A stretch of 64,000 nucleotides of DNA from Takakia lepidozioides. Taxonomy: Eukaryota; Plantae; Bryophyta. Of this stretch, positions 52,461-64,000 are shown piece after piece (position 1 is the stretch's first letter; every line of letters begins with the position of its first letter). The position numbers were made by a program, and so were the translations under genes. The stretch covers positions 74,090,001 through 74,154,000 of the forward strand of contig CM060731.1 of the NCBI GenBank assembly GCA_030704615.1, written 5' to 3'. The notes under the pieces are model-generated. The model did not search any database. It saw only the letters and a list, made by a program, of their open reading frames with translations, and was not told the DNA's origin.

Positions 52461-55400
52461 ATGCCCGAGGGAACCGAGAAGAAGAGGGCGGATCGTGGCG
52501 AGGAAGTACAGAAGGCGGGTTCACAGGGCGGTTCCGATGGTGCAGATGTGCTGCCAGCCGACAAATTGAAAAAGAGGAAGAGGAGGGACGGTGATGAGGA
52601 AACACAGAAGTTGGGATTGCAGGATGGTGCTGGGACTGAAGGTGTGGAGCAGCCATCATCAGCTGACAAGCCTAGGAAGAGGAAGAAGCGGAATCGTGAT
52701 GGAGAAACGCGGGTGGTATTAGATGATGCTACTGAGAATGCAGGTGTGGAGCAGCCATTATCAGCTGACAAGCCTAAGAAGAAGAATGTGGAGCACGGAC
52801 GTTCATTCGACAGGCCTGAGAAGAAGGAGAGGCGGGATCGTGCACGTAAGGCGGGATTACATGATGTTGCTGAGATTGAAGGTGTGGAGATTGACGGTGT
52901 CGAGCAGCCATTACCAGTTGACAAGCCTAAGAAGAAAAAGATGCGGGATCGTGATGACAAAGCACTGAAGACAGAATTACAGGACGTTGCTGAGAATGAA
53001 GGTGTGGAGCAGCCAACGTCAATTGAGCCTAAGAAGAAGAAGACGAAGAGGAGGCGGGAGAGTGATTACGAAACAATTGAGGTGGGGGTACGGGACATTT
53101 CTGAGCATGAGCGTGTGGAGCAGCTGTCATCACTAGACGCGATTACGAAGAACAGGCAGGATCACGCTGATGAATCCCTGGAGGATGGATTGCAGGACGT
53201 GACTGAGAATGAAGGGGGTGCGCAGCCATTATCAGTTGAGAACCCTAAGAAGAGGAAGAAGCATGATCGTGATGACGAAATACTTGAGGCGGAACTACAG
53301 GACGTTGCTGAGAATGAAGGTGTAGAGCAGCCATCGCTACTTGACAAGTCTAAGAAGAAGAAGAGCAAGCATGATGAAAGGCAGCTGAAGGTAGCCCCCG
53401 AAAGGGTACTTGAAAATGAAATTGGCCAGCAGGCAACCGTTTCAAAGAAGAAAAAGGAAAAGAGGCGGAATGGTGACATTGAACCTACCGAGGAGGGAGA
53501 GCGGGAGGACAAAAGCCCCGGTAACGAAGATGAAGTTGTTGAGCAAGCATCATTAAGCGAGCAGTCAATGAGGAGGCGGGAGAAGGATATCGAAAGAAAA
53601 ATCAGAAGGAACAAACTCAGAGTGACTGAGAAGGTCAATATTGAGGAACATGTCCCCCTCAAAGGTATTGGTGAACCATCCCCTAGCAAGTCTGCAAAGA
53701 AGAAGAAAAAAGTCACTTTTCAGGAGCCAGAAAAGGACAGATCAGAGGAGGAATTAGCAGAAGCAGCAGAAGAGGAGCCGAATGAGGTGGTCTGGCTCAC
53801 ACCAACTCTTACCTGGAGGACTGACCAAGTAAGGCCCGACGCAGTTTTTGGACGGTATTCCAGCGAGGAAGATAATACTTTGAAGCAGGCTATCTTCAAG
53901 TACATCAAAGTGAGACCATGTAACCTTTTCTAAATTTCTTGGCACAAAATCTCATGCATATGGTCCAAGTTCGTGCTGATTTAGAGGGCTACAGTTACAG
54001 TGCTTGAATCAGCCTTAGGTTTGCTAGTGTGTCTATCAGTCTTGTTAATAACCTTACAAACACTGTCAGTGGATTGTAGTCTGAAACATGCAAGCATTAT
54101 GAAATTTTTGGGCTGAGTTTATATCCTGGTGTGGTGCAAACCCACAACTGGTCTCATGAGGGTTTGCATTCCATGGGTAATTGTGGAACCTCCCCATAGG
54201 CACCATGGATGCGCTGTTAGTTTGGCAGGATACCTGTCTGCCTAGAAGAGGCCAAGATGATCCTTGATTGTTTGTGTCAAACTTGGCTTCAGCATTTCTG
54301 ATCCTCTGATTGTTAGCAGTGAATGGTCAAACTCCCATGGAGAGAGGGAGGCCCAAGTATTGCGATAACTGCCAGTATTATGACTTGCACCCTGCTTTAA
54401 CTATCTATGTGTAAATCATGAAAGCGATCAAATCGTGCGTCCATGTTGCTAAGGATACCCTCACATGCAGAAACTGCACATTGAGCAATGCAGTAGTAGC
54501 TGAAAATTCTAGAAAGCAGTCTCACAAACATAGACTACTTCAATACAACATATGTCTTTCTCTCTGCCTTCATGGGCAATGCTCAAACATAACATATTGT
54601 TCAATTTTGACATCCTTATGAAGTTTGTCAGGAACTCTTATTTCAAAAATAGGCACTTCTGACGACATGGAAGTCACCTGCTCAGATTAGAGTTTCAATT
54701 CCATTGTTGCTGATGAGGTTCTACTTTCTCACTGCAGATGATGGGCTGGAACGAGGAGATGGGACTGCATACTGTTATGCACTCACAAACTAGTAAAGAG
54801 GCACGAGGCTGTTGGGCTGTCATTGGTGAGTTACGCACTTCGGTGACACCGATCCTTCTTTTTCACAGTTTAAATTGTAGTTTAGGCTGTGCCTGTTTGG
54901 GCTTTGCTTGTTGGCTTGGTCTGGCATGTTTGTATCTTTGGATTTTACGCGTTATATTTGTCCATGTCCGGAGCATCTGAACAAAAATGTGGAAGTACAA
55001 GATCATAGCATTGAATATTGAATGTGGGTGCAGCCAGGTGTTTGCCACACCGATCTATCAGATCCATGCACTCTCGTGCACACCGCCTTTTGATGCCTGG
55101 AACTCATCTTGGGAGATGGTCTAAGGATGAAGTAAACTCTCTTCGGAAGTAAGTGCTCTTCTAGTGTTGGTGTATGGGCATGTGAGAGAGATCTACTCAT
55201 TGGACTTGCTTTTCCATACATGTGCCGTCTGGGCAGGGCAGATGGGTGAGAGAGGGGAGGGGATAAAAACAAAGAAAGTCTTAATATTTCCACGGATGGC
55301 TCAAAGGGCCAAGGACAATAACTACACAACATCGTAGAAACCACAGAAAACAAACAGTATAGCTAGAGAAATGAAAGAGCAACTCAAAGCTCAAATGTTG

Positions 55401-57697
55401 CCAAAAAGCGGGCTTCCACGAAGCAGATGTAGAGAGACTGAAGTACTCATCTGACCTATCGTAGGTTTCAAGGTGAAACTTTTGGAAGTCTTGTGTGCAT
55501 GAGTGAGAGGTAGAAAGAAAGGTAGAAAACTTCAATGATGTCCACTGGAAAACCTGATAGAGAGAGGAAGAGTTGCACTTGTAGCTTATTACCGTGTCCC
55601 ACTTTGCACAGATGTCGTAGATTCAGAAACAGAGCCCTCATTTAATGCACTTAAGATCAGTTGATCGATGCCAACTTGGGATGGCCAGTGGTCCTGTGGG
55701 GTTCCATGATGTTAGCTCAGAAACTCAGACATCTGATTCACTTGTACAATTATCCATAAATGGCAGGTTACAAATGGAGCATGGGCAGAATTGGAGGATA
55801 ATTGGCCAGAAGCTCGGAAGGTCTTCGTACAGCTGCAAAGATAAATGGCGTATAGAGAAATTGCGACTCTCGAACGGTAAGGGAACTTTATCTTACTGAC
55901 CTAAATTGAGAGCCTTGAGCACATGCAAATATGTTCAATGTGCTTCTAGCTTCTTTCTCCTAGTTTTCTAAAATGTTGGTTGGGTTGGAGCAGGAAGATG
56001 GACACAAGCTGAGATAGACACTTTGTGTAAATTGGTACATGAAAGCTTGCGCTTGAAGGCTTGTTTAAAAGCTAGTGGTGTCTCCAAGGACATACCTGAT
56101 CATCGTCAGGTAAGCAGCCAACTTTAGGTGCCCCCTTTGGATTGGAGTCACGATCGATTGTTTTACTGTTGGTTGGCTGCCGAGTCTTGTTGTTTACAGA
56201 GTGTTGGTCAAACACTAGACTTTGTAATTTCTTTTCATTTAAATCTTGGTGGCTACCAACCTTTGCAGTTACGGGACAACATCAACTGGCAATACATAGC
56301 TGACAGGCTGGAGACCCGTCCTCACAACCACTGTTGTAACATGTGGTAATCTCTCCCCCTCATGCATGCACTGTCTCTCTCTCCAACAGGTTAGGACTTA
56401 GGACATGTGGATATTTCATTTTGCAATGGATCCACGGGTGAACCTTCAGTAGAAGTCAAACTTTGAGAAGCTGATCGGTATCTGAAAGCTCCTGAAGGAA
56501 TGTGTGCTGCCGATGGCAGGTACAAAAATTTGGCTTCGTCCATGGTGGACAGTGGAGATTGGGCCAATACGGATGACCGCCTCATGCTGCAGAGGTGTTC
56601 GATTATCTCCTTTTCTTCCTTTATGTGTCAGTTTTAGTGTCACCTGACAAGGAGGATCACGACTTCCTTATTGTTTAGGCTTTAAGGTGCCTCTTGCTCT
56701 ATGCCTAGGTCCCTGTGGCCAGTTGGCTTGTTGATCTGTCGCAGGTGAGGCTAAGTGAGCTCCTAACTTTTCATGCATATGGGCGGGCAGCTTACTGGAG
56801 ATTTTACCAGCGGCTGAGGAACTTGTGGAGTGGGATGCTCTTTTGGAGCACAGGTGTGTTAGTTGCAGCCCTGACATTTCTTGTTCTAGCAGAAAGTCAG
56901 AGAGAGGGAGAGGACTCTTGCATATTTGCCTTCCATGAAAAGGCATATGATGAAAGAGGTTCATGTTCTCGTCTTTGGAATGTAAATCTTTAGTAAACTA
57001 GATAAGAGTTTCATGCTCTTTCTTACTTTTAGAGGTCAATGCTGGAATCAACATCTTGTGGTAATGTTAATCCCACCACTAGCTCTTTTCCTTCAAATAG
57101 AATCTACTGGGGTGACATGATGAGTGTTCAGGCTGAGATTCAAACTTGGTGGATGAAGCTACATGACAGGCTTTGGGAGGCTGTGTATTTATTACAGTCT
57201 TAAGTCCTAAAAACACTATACATAAGATCTGTTCTTAGGCAATGCTATCTCGCACATGTCGAGCACATGGCACTTCTGTGTTTCCACCCTGCCCCATTAT
57301 TTGGTATGCTTGGGGTAAAGCAGGAAAGAGAATGCCAAGATTAGTGATAAGTAGCCGGGGGTGGAGCGAAAATACAATGAGTACATTCTCTTCAGGAGGT
57401 TAAAGGCTGCAATTTATCTTTTGATTGTGTTTGTTTACAGGACTGATTTTCAACAGGAATTGTTCTAGAGGCCTGTTGTCAGATGGATCTTTTTTCAGTG
57501 TTGTTTATTTGGCTGGGTTCAGGTCAGGACAGATCTGCATGAAGAGATGGCAACAAATGGTGCGGAATTTGGGGGCAAATAACAGTCTTCCTTTTCTGGA
57601 CAAATTAGAGATGCTTACAAGACGAATGGCCCCTGATTTGCTGGAAGATGGTGCAAATGAATTGTCTGAAGAGGAGGAAGAGGAGGAAGAGAGCTGA
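52461..57697 (+). CDS. Myb/SANT-domain protein, TTF1/DMTF1/Reb1-like, with a long Lys/Glu-rich repetitive N-terminus
   Basis: Exon 1 ends GRYSSEEDNTLKQAIFKYIK; later exons GCWAVIG, HGQNWRIIGQKLGRSSYSCKDKWR, GRWTQAEIDTL, LRDNINWQYIADRL...CCNMWY..LASSMV..GDWANTDD, EWDALL, RSGQICMKRWQQM; not every exon resolved. Confidence 0.82.
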
Positions 57698-59766
57698 TTC
57701 ATTGATAGCGCGGGAAGGGTGTTGATGACATTGCCACTCCAGCCAGTGGTGAATCTCTAGTCATGACACGGAAGCTGCCTAGCTGTAGGCTAAGTGCTGA
57801 CAGTGCTCAGGAGTAGCATGACCCTTGTGATAACGCCCTTGTTAAAAACCATAAACCATCTCTCTAATAGCAAGGAGATCAGACGACCCTCTAGTACCTA
57901 GTGACATGTTTTTATTGGTGAAAGATGTGAGATTTTGGTGATAGTGTGACCTTATACCCCAATTGTTGATTTGTCTTGTGAGAGATCCAGCAATTGCAAT
58001 GGTAAACAGGGTCTATCATCACACATGGAGCATATGCATGCAACACTGTAGTGTAAGAGATCACCACCATGGAATGAGGTCCTTTGTTCCATTCCAGCGT
58101 TCTTGTCCATGCAGCACAAGCAGCACCCGCAAGGGGAAGTGGCTCTTATTTACACTGGATTCAGCTGGAGTCCTCTCTCTCTGGCTCTTACAAATCTCCA
58201 CTGCAAGATATATGACGCACTTGAGCACAGTTTATAGATGCAAGACTACATATAATGTGCAATGTATGGAAGTACAAATGTGATGCAAGGAAGAAAGAGA
58301 TAAGCCCACAGTCACGCCGGGGGCGGATTGTTGTCTCACTATCAACAGCAATGAACCACATCATGTAACTCAAAGACTGAATGCAATCAAATGAAGAGGT
58401 AAGGGTGTTGCTTGTTCCATGACATCACTGCAGGGTCATCCAAACCAGAGAGAAAGGAAAGGTTGCTGTTTGGGAGATGCTTTATCGCGTCTTCACATTT
58501 GTCACATGTGGGGAGTAGGGACAGTATCGAGAAGAGTGCGGCGCGAGAGCAGGAAACAGTGGCACCGTCCCTGCTCAGTGCTCTCCGTCCTCTGAACTGA
58601 GCTTTCGGTCTGAGAGCTCTTGTGGATGGTAATCGGGATTTGGAGGACTCCTTTGGCGCCAGTGGAATCAATCTGTTGGTTCAAGCCGAGGTGGATTGCG
58701 AGCTGTTGCGGGTATGTATGAAGTTGATTGTGAAGTGGGTGATCGCTGCTTGCTTGATCTGGAAGTGCAAATTTGCGAGATGTTGAACCGGAAGTCGGAC
58801 TGTGGGGTGTGAAGGTCGAGTATGGAGGGTGTGAATCCCCGTGCTGAGTACAAGCCGGCATTTCATGAAGGCACTCCCCTCCAGCTTCTTCAGGTACAAT
58901 CTCTTAGAATCGCTTCCTCTCCTCGCTTCTCTCCTCTGCCCCTGCCCAGTTTTTAGCTCCTGACGAAGCTGGAGTGGGCTTGCATGTTAGTTGTTACTGT
59001 CTGTGTTCTCTTGCACTCATCGTCGGTTCCACAATGAAGCCCTCGGCAACCGATCTTTGTCGGGTAAATTTTGAATTGTAAAATCTCGTTATCGGTGGCA
59101 TGGAGAGTCCATTGGTGTCGGGGAAGTGGGTAGTGAGCAGACGTGAGAAGATTCCATTTTGCTGCATTTGTAGGTCCCATGAGGTACACATGAGTAACCC
59201 GCTGAATCGCTTACCTTATGATTTATGTCATGAATAAACTTTTGTAATCGATTCATACTGCGTTGAGCCATGCTGGTACTTTTCTGCGAACTAAGGGTGG
59301 GCTACAGAATTTACTCGGCAGTGAAGCTCACCCATTCCGAAGCCTGCGGACACTGGAGGCGGAATATAATGTCCCTCATGTTGTTTGATAGTCTGATCAC
59401 GGAGTTTCCTTATGCCCCTCATGGCAGCGGATTTCCTATTCGAGCCTCACTCTTGCTGAGTGGTGTTTCTCTCTCTGAGACACAGAGCCATCAAGCTCTC
59501 TGTTTACAAGCCGTCAAACGAAGGTGAGTCAATCATGTGACCATGTGACCTTAAACCTGTGCACCCTTCAGAGGAGAGAAGCGACTGAGTGTGGTAGAGC
59601 AAGAATGTACTCCAGTCGTAGCCCTCACAGCTGACAACGAGCTGTTTACGGGAATTGAGACGCAATCAAGGTGTGGCATTGACGGCATATCACAAAGAGT
59701 ATGTTGATTTGTGCTGTAGCCTTGGGGCTGCAGAAGGCACCTTAAATCTGCTTATGATAGTGCTGT

Positions 59767-62441
59767 GTGTCACCTCAGTGTGAAAGGGGCCAATGGAGAG
59801 GCAGACACTTAGAGTGGAATAGACAAATGTGCATGGAGTTGCTTTCCGACAATGTGAAAAAGATTCACAATTCCATAGTGCTACAGGTGCATGCTCTTTT
59901 CCGGCACGGTGACAGATCGCCAACCCCCCTGGGTGAAGCCAAGGCCAGGGCAGAGCTTTGGATAGAACGGCTAGAAGAGGTGCCTGCTATTTTGCCACAC
60001 CATGAGTACTATATCCAGCAGCATCCATGGGGTCGACTCACAAAGAAAGGTTATTTTCTTCCTCCAACCAACACTGCACTTCTTCCACCCCCTCTCAATC
60101 ATCCCCGTAACCAACTGACCCTGTATGTCTACAAGTTGTGACAAGTAACTCTACTAACCAGTTTCTCATTTGCTGTCGGTGAGCATTATACCGACGCGCA
60201 TTGGAGTGAGTGTCATACAATAAGTATGAAATTGTCTCTCTAGTTTACTTTTTTGTGAGAAGGGGGGAAACACCAGAACAAATTAACAAGTAAAACCTTC
60301 TTTTTCTTGTCCCTCTCTGAAAGACGTAATTTTCTCTGTCCTTGTTTGTTTTCCTTCTGTATTGTTTCCTTTCTCCAGAAAGTTTTTTTCTGTCTTTCTG
60401 TCTCTTAAACAGGAAAAGGGCAAGACCTCAGATCAACTTAATAGAGAACTTCACAAAAAGCACCATCACTTGGGTATGAGTTTAAATGGGAGCTGAAGGG
60501 GGCACAGGGGCCGAGCAAGCAAGAGCATTGGGTGCATGGCTAAGGGAGCACTACCTGCCTGCACTGTGTGGACTGCAGTCTTTAACTGAGTTACGTTCAC
60601 CAGAGAAGGTCATTCACATTCGATCCACGAATTTTCTTCGCACTCACATGACTGGTATGCATAAGCAACCCTTGCTACTGGAGGGAGGGTGAAATGCTTC
60701 AGTAGTTTGACCTATGATCTTCCCCATTTGTGCACTATGAAAGAAGAAAAAGCCAGAGAGAATGATGACTTATGATGTCCTCTATAGTCTGTGCTTTTTG
60801 CAGTCTAGTGGCCACACATCACACACTCTCAATGTGACTTAAAAGGGAGCAACGGGGGACAGGGATGGGTGTGTACAGTGTAGGAATGTGCCTCCAGTGG
60901 AGACCTACCTTTTTAATAGAGATTCTGGCCTGCCAAATTGTCTCAAGACTCTTTAAAACAATATTGAGGAGAAGAGGAAGTAACATTTGAAATTTATTGT
61001 CCACGGGAACTACATGGCTCACATTGAAACTACAAGAGAAAACCAACAGAAGAGAAATTGGTTATGGTCATGGGGGATAGAAAAGTAAGAATGAAATAAA
61101 TTTGTTACATCTAATGGGGACCTTAGGGACCATTGGCAAAGTACAGGTACCAGAGAAAAGTAGAAGCACGCCTCAATGGACCCCAAATGGGTGAAGGAAA
61201 TGAAATGAAAAGAAATGACATGGTACTTTAGAACGTCCGCAGAAGAAAGAAAGAAAGAGAGAAACCTTGTTGAGTCCATGGACCCCGCCAAGGGGCCACA
61301 GGACCAAGACAGTACGAAACAAAGAAAGAGATTTGTATTGCATCCACAGGAGGGCCGAAGGGACACAAGTAGAAAAACACTGTGGAACCTCGGATAGCAT
61401 AGAGAAAGGACAAAATGAGATAGAGACGAAGGCACAGATTCTGCCAGATTTCCCCATTTGACAAGGAAGAATTTCTTTTCTCATCCAGAGAATGCGCATG
61501 GGAAGAACTAAAAGACTCAGATTCTGCCAGAAGGAGTGTTGAGCAGTCCAACTGTTGTGATTGTTGCTGGGGCCTGACAAGTGATTGAAGTTCCATTGGG
61601 CCTACTAGCCTTTCAGGTCAACTGGAAAGTGGGAATGTGAACTTCAATAATGCTGTTCACCCCAGGCATCACATTTACAAGGATGTCAAATTATCTCTTC
61701 GTTGCATTTTTTGGGTGTTGAGTGCACCCCGATCTCAATTCGCTCTGTTTCTCCAAACTTTTATTGACTGGTTTCTATTTTGATCAGGATGGTTTGTCCT
61801 AGAAGGCCTGCTGGGGTCACCTGAAGCACCAGCCTCCATTCCGATTACCATCAGAGATTTCAGAACTGAGAATTTGTACCATAACAACCATTGTCCTCGG
61901 TAACTCCCACTTTGTGCCCAAGTTTACTCCTGATAAGATCTGCTTCTACAGTAGTCTAAGCTAACTACACAATCAAGCTCTTTAGGAGGAAATGAGTGTT
62001 GTGCCCTGATGATCTGTGTCTTGAGGTATTATCCATGGGTTTCATTATTTCCTTCGTTGAAAGGGATGAAACCCAGGCCACACCTTCAGGGCAATTTCGA
62101 GTCCATATATTGTACATTTGTCGATAGTTATAATGTATTCCCCAATCTTTTTTGCTTAATAAAGCAGCTAACTCACCCTGACACTCGAGTAGGAAGTGTT
62201 CTATGATGGTTTTTAGGCAAAGAAGTGTCAGGATACTAGTTTGTTTGCTCTCCGACTTTGGTCCTTTTTGAATGAATATACAGCCTCCATATTTGCAATG
62301 TATTCTTTTGGTCTTTGCTTCCCGGGTTTGGCTGCTCCCACAATTTCATCTCATCGTTCCCTGTCTAGCCTTGCAAAGCGCTGGAGGGCTGCATGGAAGA
62401 CTGCAAGGGATTTCTCAACAAATTGGCAAGCACACTACAAG
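59767..62441 (+). CDS. Histidine acid phosphatase family gene, partial (start and 3' exons unresolved)
   Basis: LQVHALFRHGDRSP (RHG at 59902), WGRLTKKG|AEQARALGAWLREHY, IHIRSTNFLRTHMT, IPITIRD..TENLY....CP exons. Confidence 0.8.
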
Positions 62442-62999
62442 GTTTGTAGGTGTTTCCTTCTCATGGAGTGTTCAGATTGACAATCCGGAGGTCTATACAT
62501 CAGATCAAGTAAAAAGGCTCCAGTTCAATTTCATCTAGCGCAGTGGTCTAAGTCAAGATCAATTCACTTCCATCTGTTGAGCCCACTCCATTTCACCACA
62601 GCTAAATCATGTTGGCATGGGATTGAACATACTACATCTACTAAAATTTCTTGCATCTTAACAGGATATGCAAATTGCAATGGCAAAATTTCTGGATTTT
62701 TCAATAGATGCACCTGCGTGTCCACTCCTGATGGATTCCGGGTTTCCGTGGGTAACTGTAAGCACCCATATCCCACATCCCTTTCTTTGTAGGCTAGCTT
62801 GCTGTTGAGAGCTCTATTCCATGACTCTACCTGTGAGTCTGGTCTGTCTCTCTTATCTGTGTCAAGAATAGTCGGTTTTCTTTCCCTTTCTTTCTTCTCA
62901 ACCACTGCTTTCTTTTCAGGTTGAGTTTCATACACCCTGATGGGATGAACCCCGACTGGCTCTGGGAGGTTGATAGTTCGTGGGGACTGCACCCTCTAA

Positions 63000-64000
63000 T
63001 GGTTTAGTCATGCGCACATACTATCTCTATAGGCATTGGAAAGGTTCAGGTTGGGATCCCAACCTGAGGATGGAAAAAGGTAGATGGGTTAATCTGCACT
63101 GTAATGAATGCTTGTACCCAGCTTGCGCCAGGGAAGACAGGCAGGAGATTGGGGCTGAGGAACATTTCTTCTTCCGCTTTCCACTCTATTATGAAATCAG
63201 GGCCTGCTACTAGTACCTGTTCATGTACAGCCAATCCCTTACAGAGGTCTTTCTTTCATCATGAGGATCAGATATACCTGGCTGCATATGTCCATGAAGG
63301 TCTCAACCTTTGCGAATCTCCCGATTCCGAACAGTGGTTTTCGGGTTGCTTGTAGAGGACCCCGACTTTCTTGTTTCCTGCTTTTTTTGGTCCCATAAGC
63401 TTTTCAGCTTCCTATGAATACTATAAAGCTTATTTCTTTGTCTCCCATGGGCCCTGTGGGTGTCATAAAGACTATGGGTTGCAGGTCAACCCCAGCAAAA
63501 CCAAAATCATGGTTTTCAATGGCCATGCTGGTCGGAAATCAGACCTTGTCAAGTTGGGAATGCCACATTTGGCATATGCCATGCCGTAGACTACTTTCAA
63601 ACAGTCCTCTTCAACCAGCAAGAGATTGAGGTTGTGAAATTATACCCATACCTGGGTCTGGTTATCCACTCACCCACGTTTCAGTTTGCATCAACCGCTA
63701 TGGACAGATTGATGACGGGCAAGCTGCCTCCAATGCCTTCAGGCCACTTATGGTTGTGACTTCTGGCACCTGGTGTCCCAGTTTTCTGATAGGGACAAAA
63801 TTTGGAACCGCTGCATTTGTCTTTCCTTCAAGGAATGCTTGGGGTTAGAGGTACAACACCATCACAGATTCTATCTGCGGAATTTGCATGTGTACCGTTT
63901 CACACTGAGGTCATCTTCCGGCTTACAATCTGTCTTACAAGGTTACAAGCCCTTTCACCGAAACTACTGGAGTGAGCCCTCATAAAGGTAGTGTCTGTTC
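63000..64000 (+). mobile_element. Non-LTR retrotransposon (LINE) fragments
   Basis: LRMEKGRW...EEHFFF..PLYYEIR (degenerate C-terminal CCHC region) and GLQVNPSKTKIMVFN...IEVVKLYPYLGL (RT end); heavily decayed. Confidence 0.7.

Noticed and set aside
52375-53716. Antisense Ser/Phe-rich ORFs over the Myb gene exon
   Set aside because: Shadow frames of the Lys/Glu-rich sense exon

Overview
Eukaryotic genomic DNA, most likely from a non-seed land plant (inferred from PLS-class PPR/DYW fragments, Tcn1-like chromovirus remnants and spliceosomal introns). About 1-46.5 kb is nested mobile DNA. About 47-64 kb holds three intron-containing host genes (proline iminopeptidase, a TTF1/DMTF1-like Myb protein, a histidine acid phosphatase) plus LINE fragments. 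Two systems stand out. (1) An 11.9-kb Ty3/Gypsy element (32836-44771) encodes a DNMT3-like C5 methyltransferase between protease and RT, and a PHD finger after integrase. It appears to self-prime, and its termini are arranged A-internal-B-A-B, as if a 2-LTR circle had been opened at an internal palindrome (GACA-GC-TGTC) and integrated with a target-site duplication. (2) A ~19-kb block (about 11870-30915), bounded and punctuated by palindromic GGCGCC-core repeat arrays, carries a MULE-like and a Transib/RAG1-like transposase. It also carries two circularly permuted halves of what appears to be one spliced gene for a ParB/Srx-like domain fused to a beta-class N4/N6 DNA methyltransferase. Also present: a hAT-type element with captured PPR-DYW pieces, a CACTA and a hAT non-autonomous element with clean TSDs, and a Sola-like transposase remnant. 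All family assignments are from motif recognition by eye; no searches were run.
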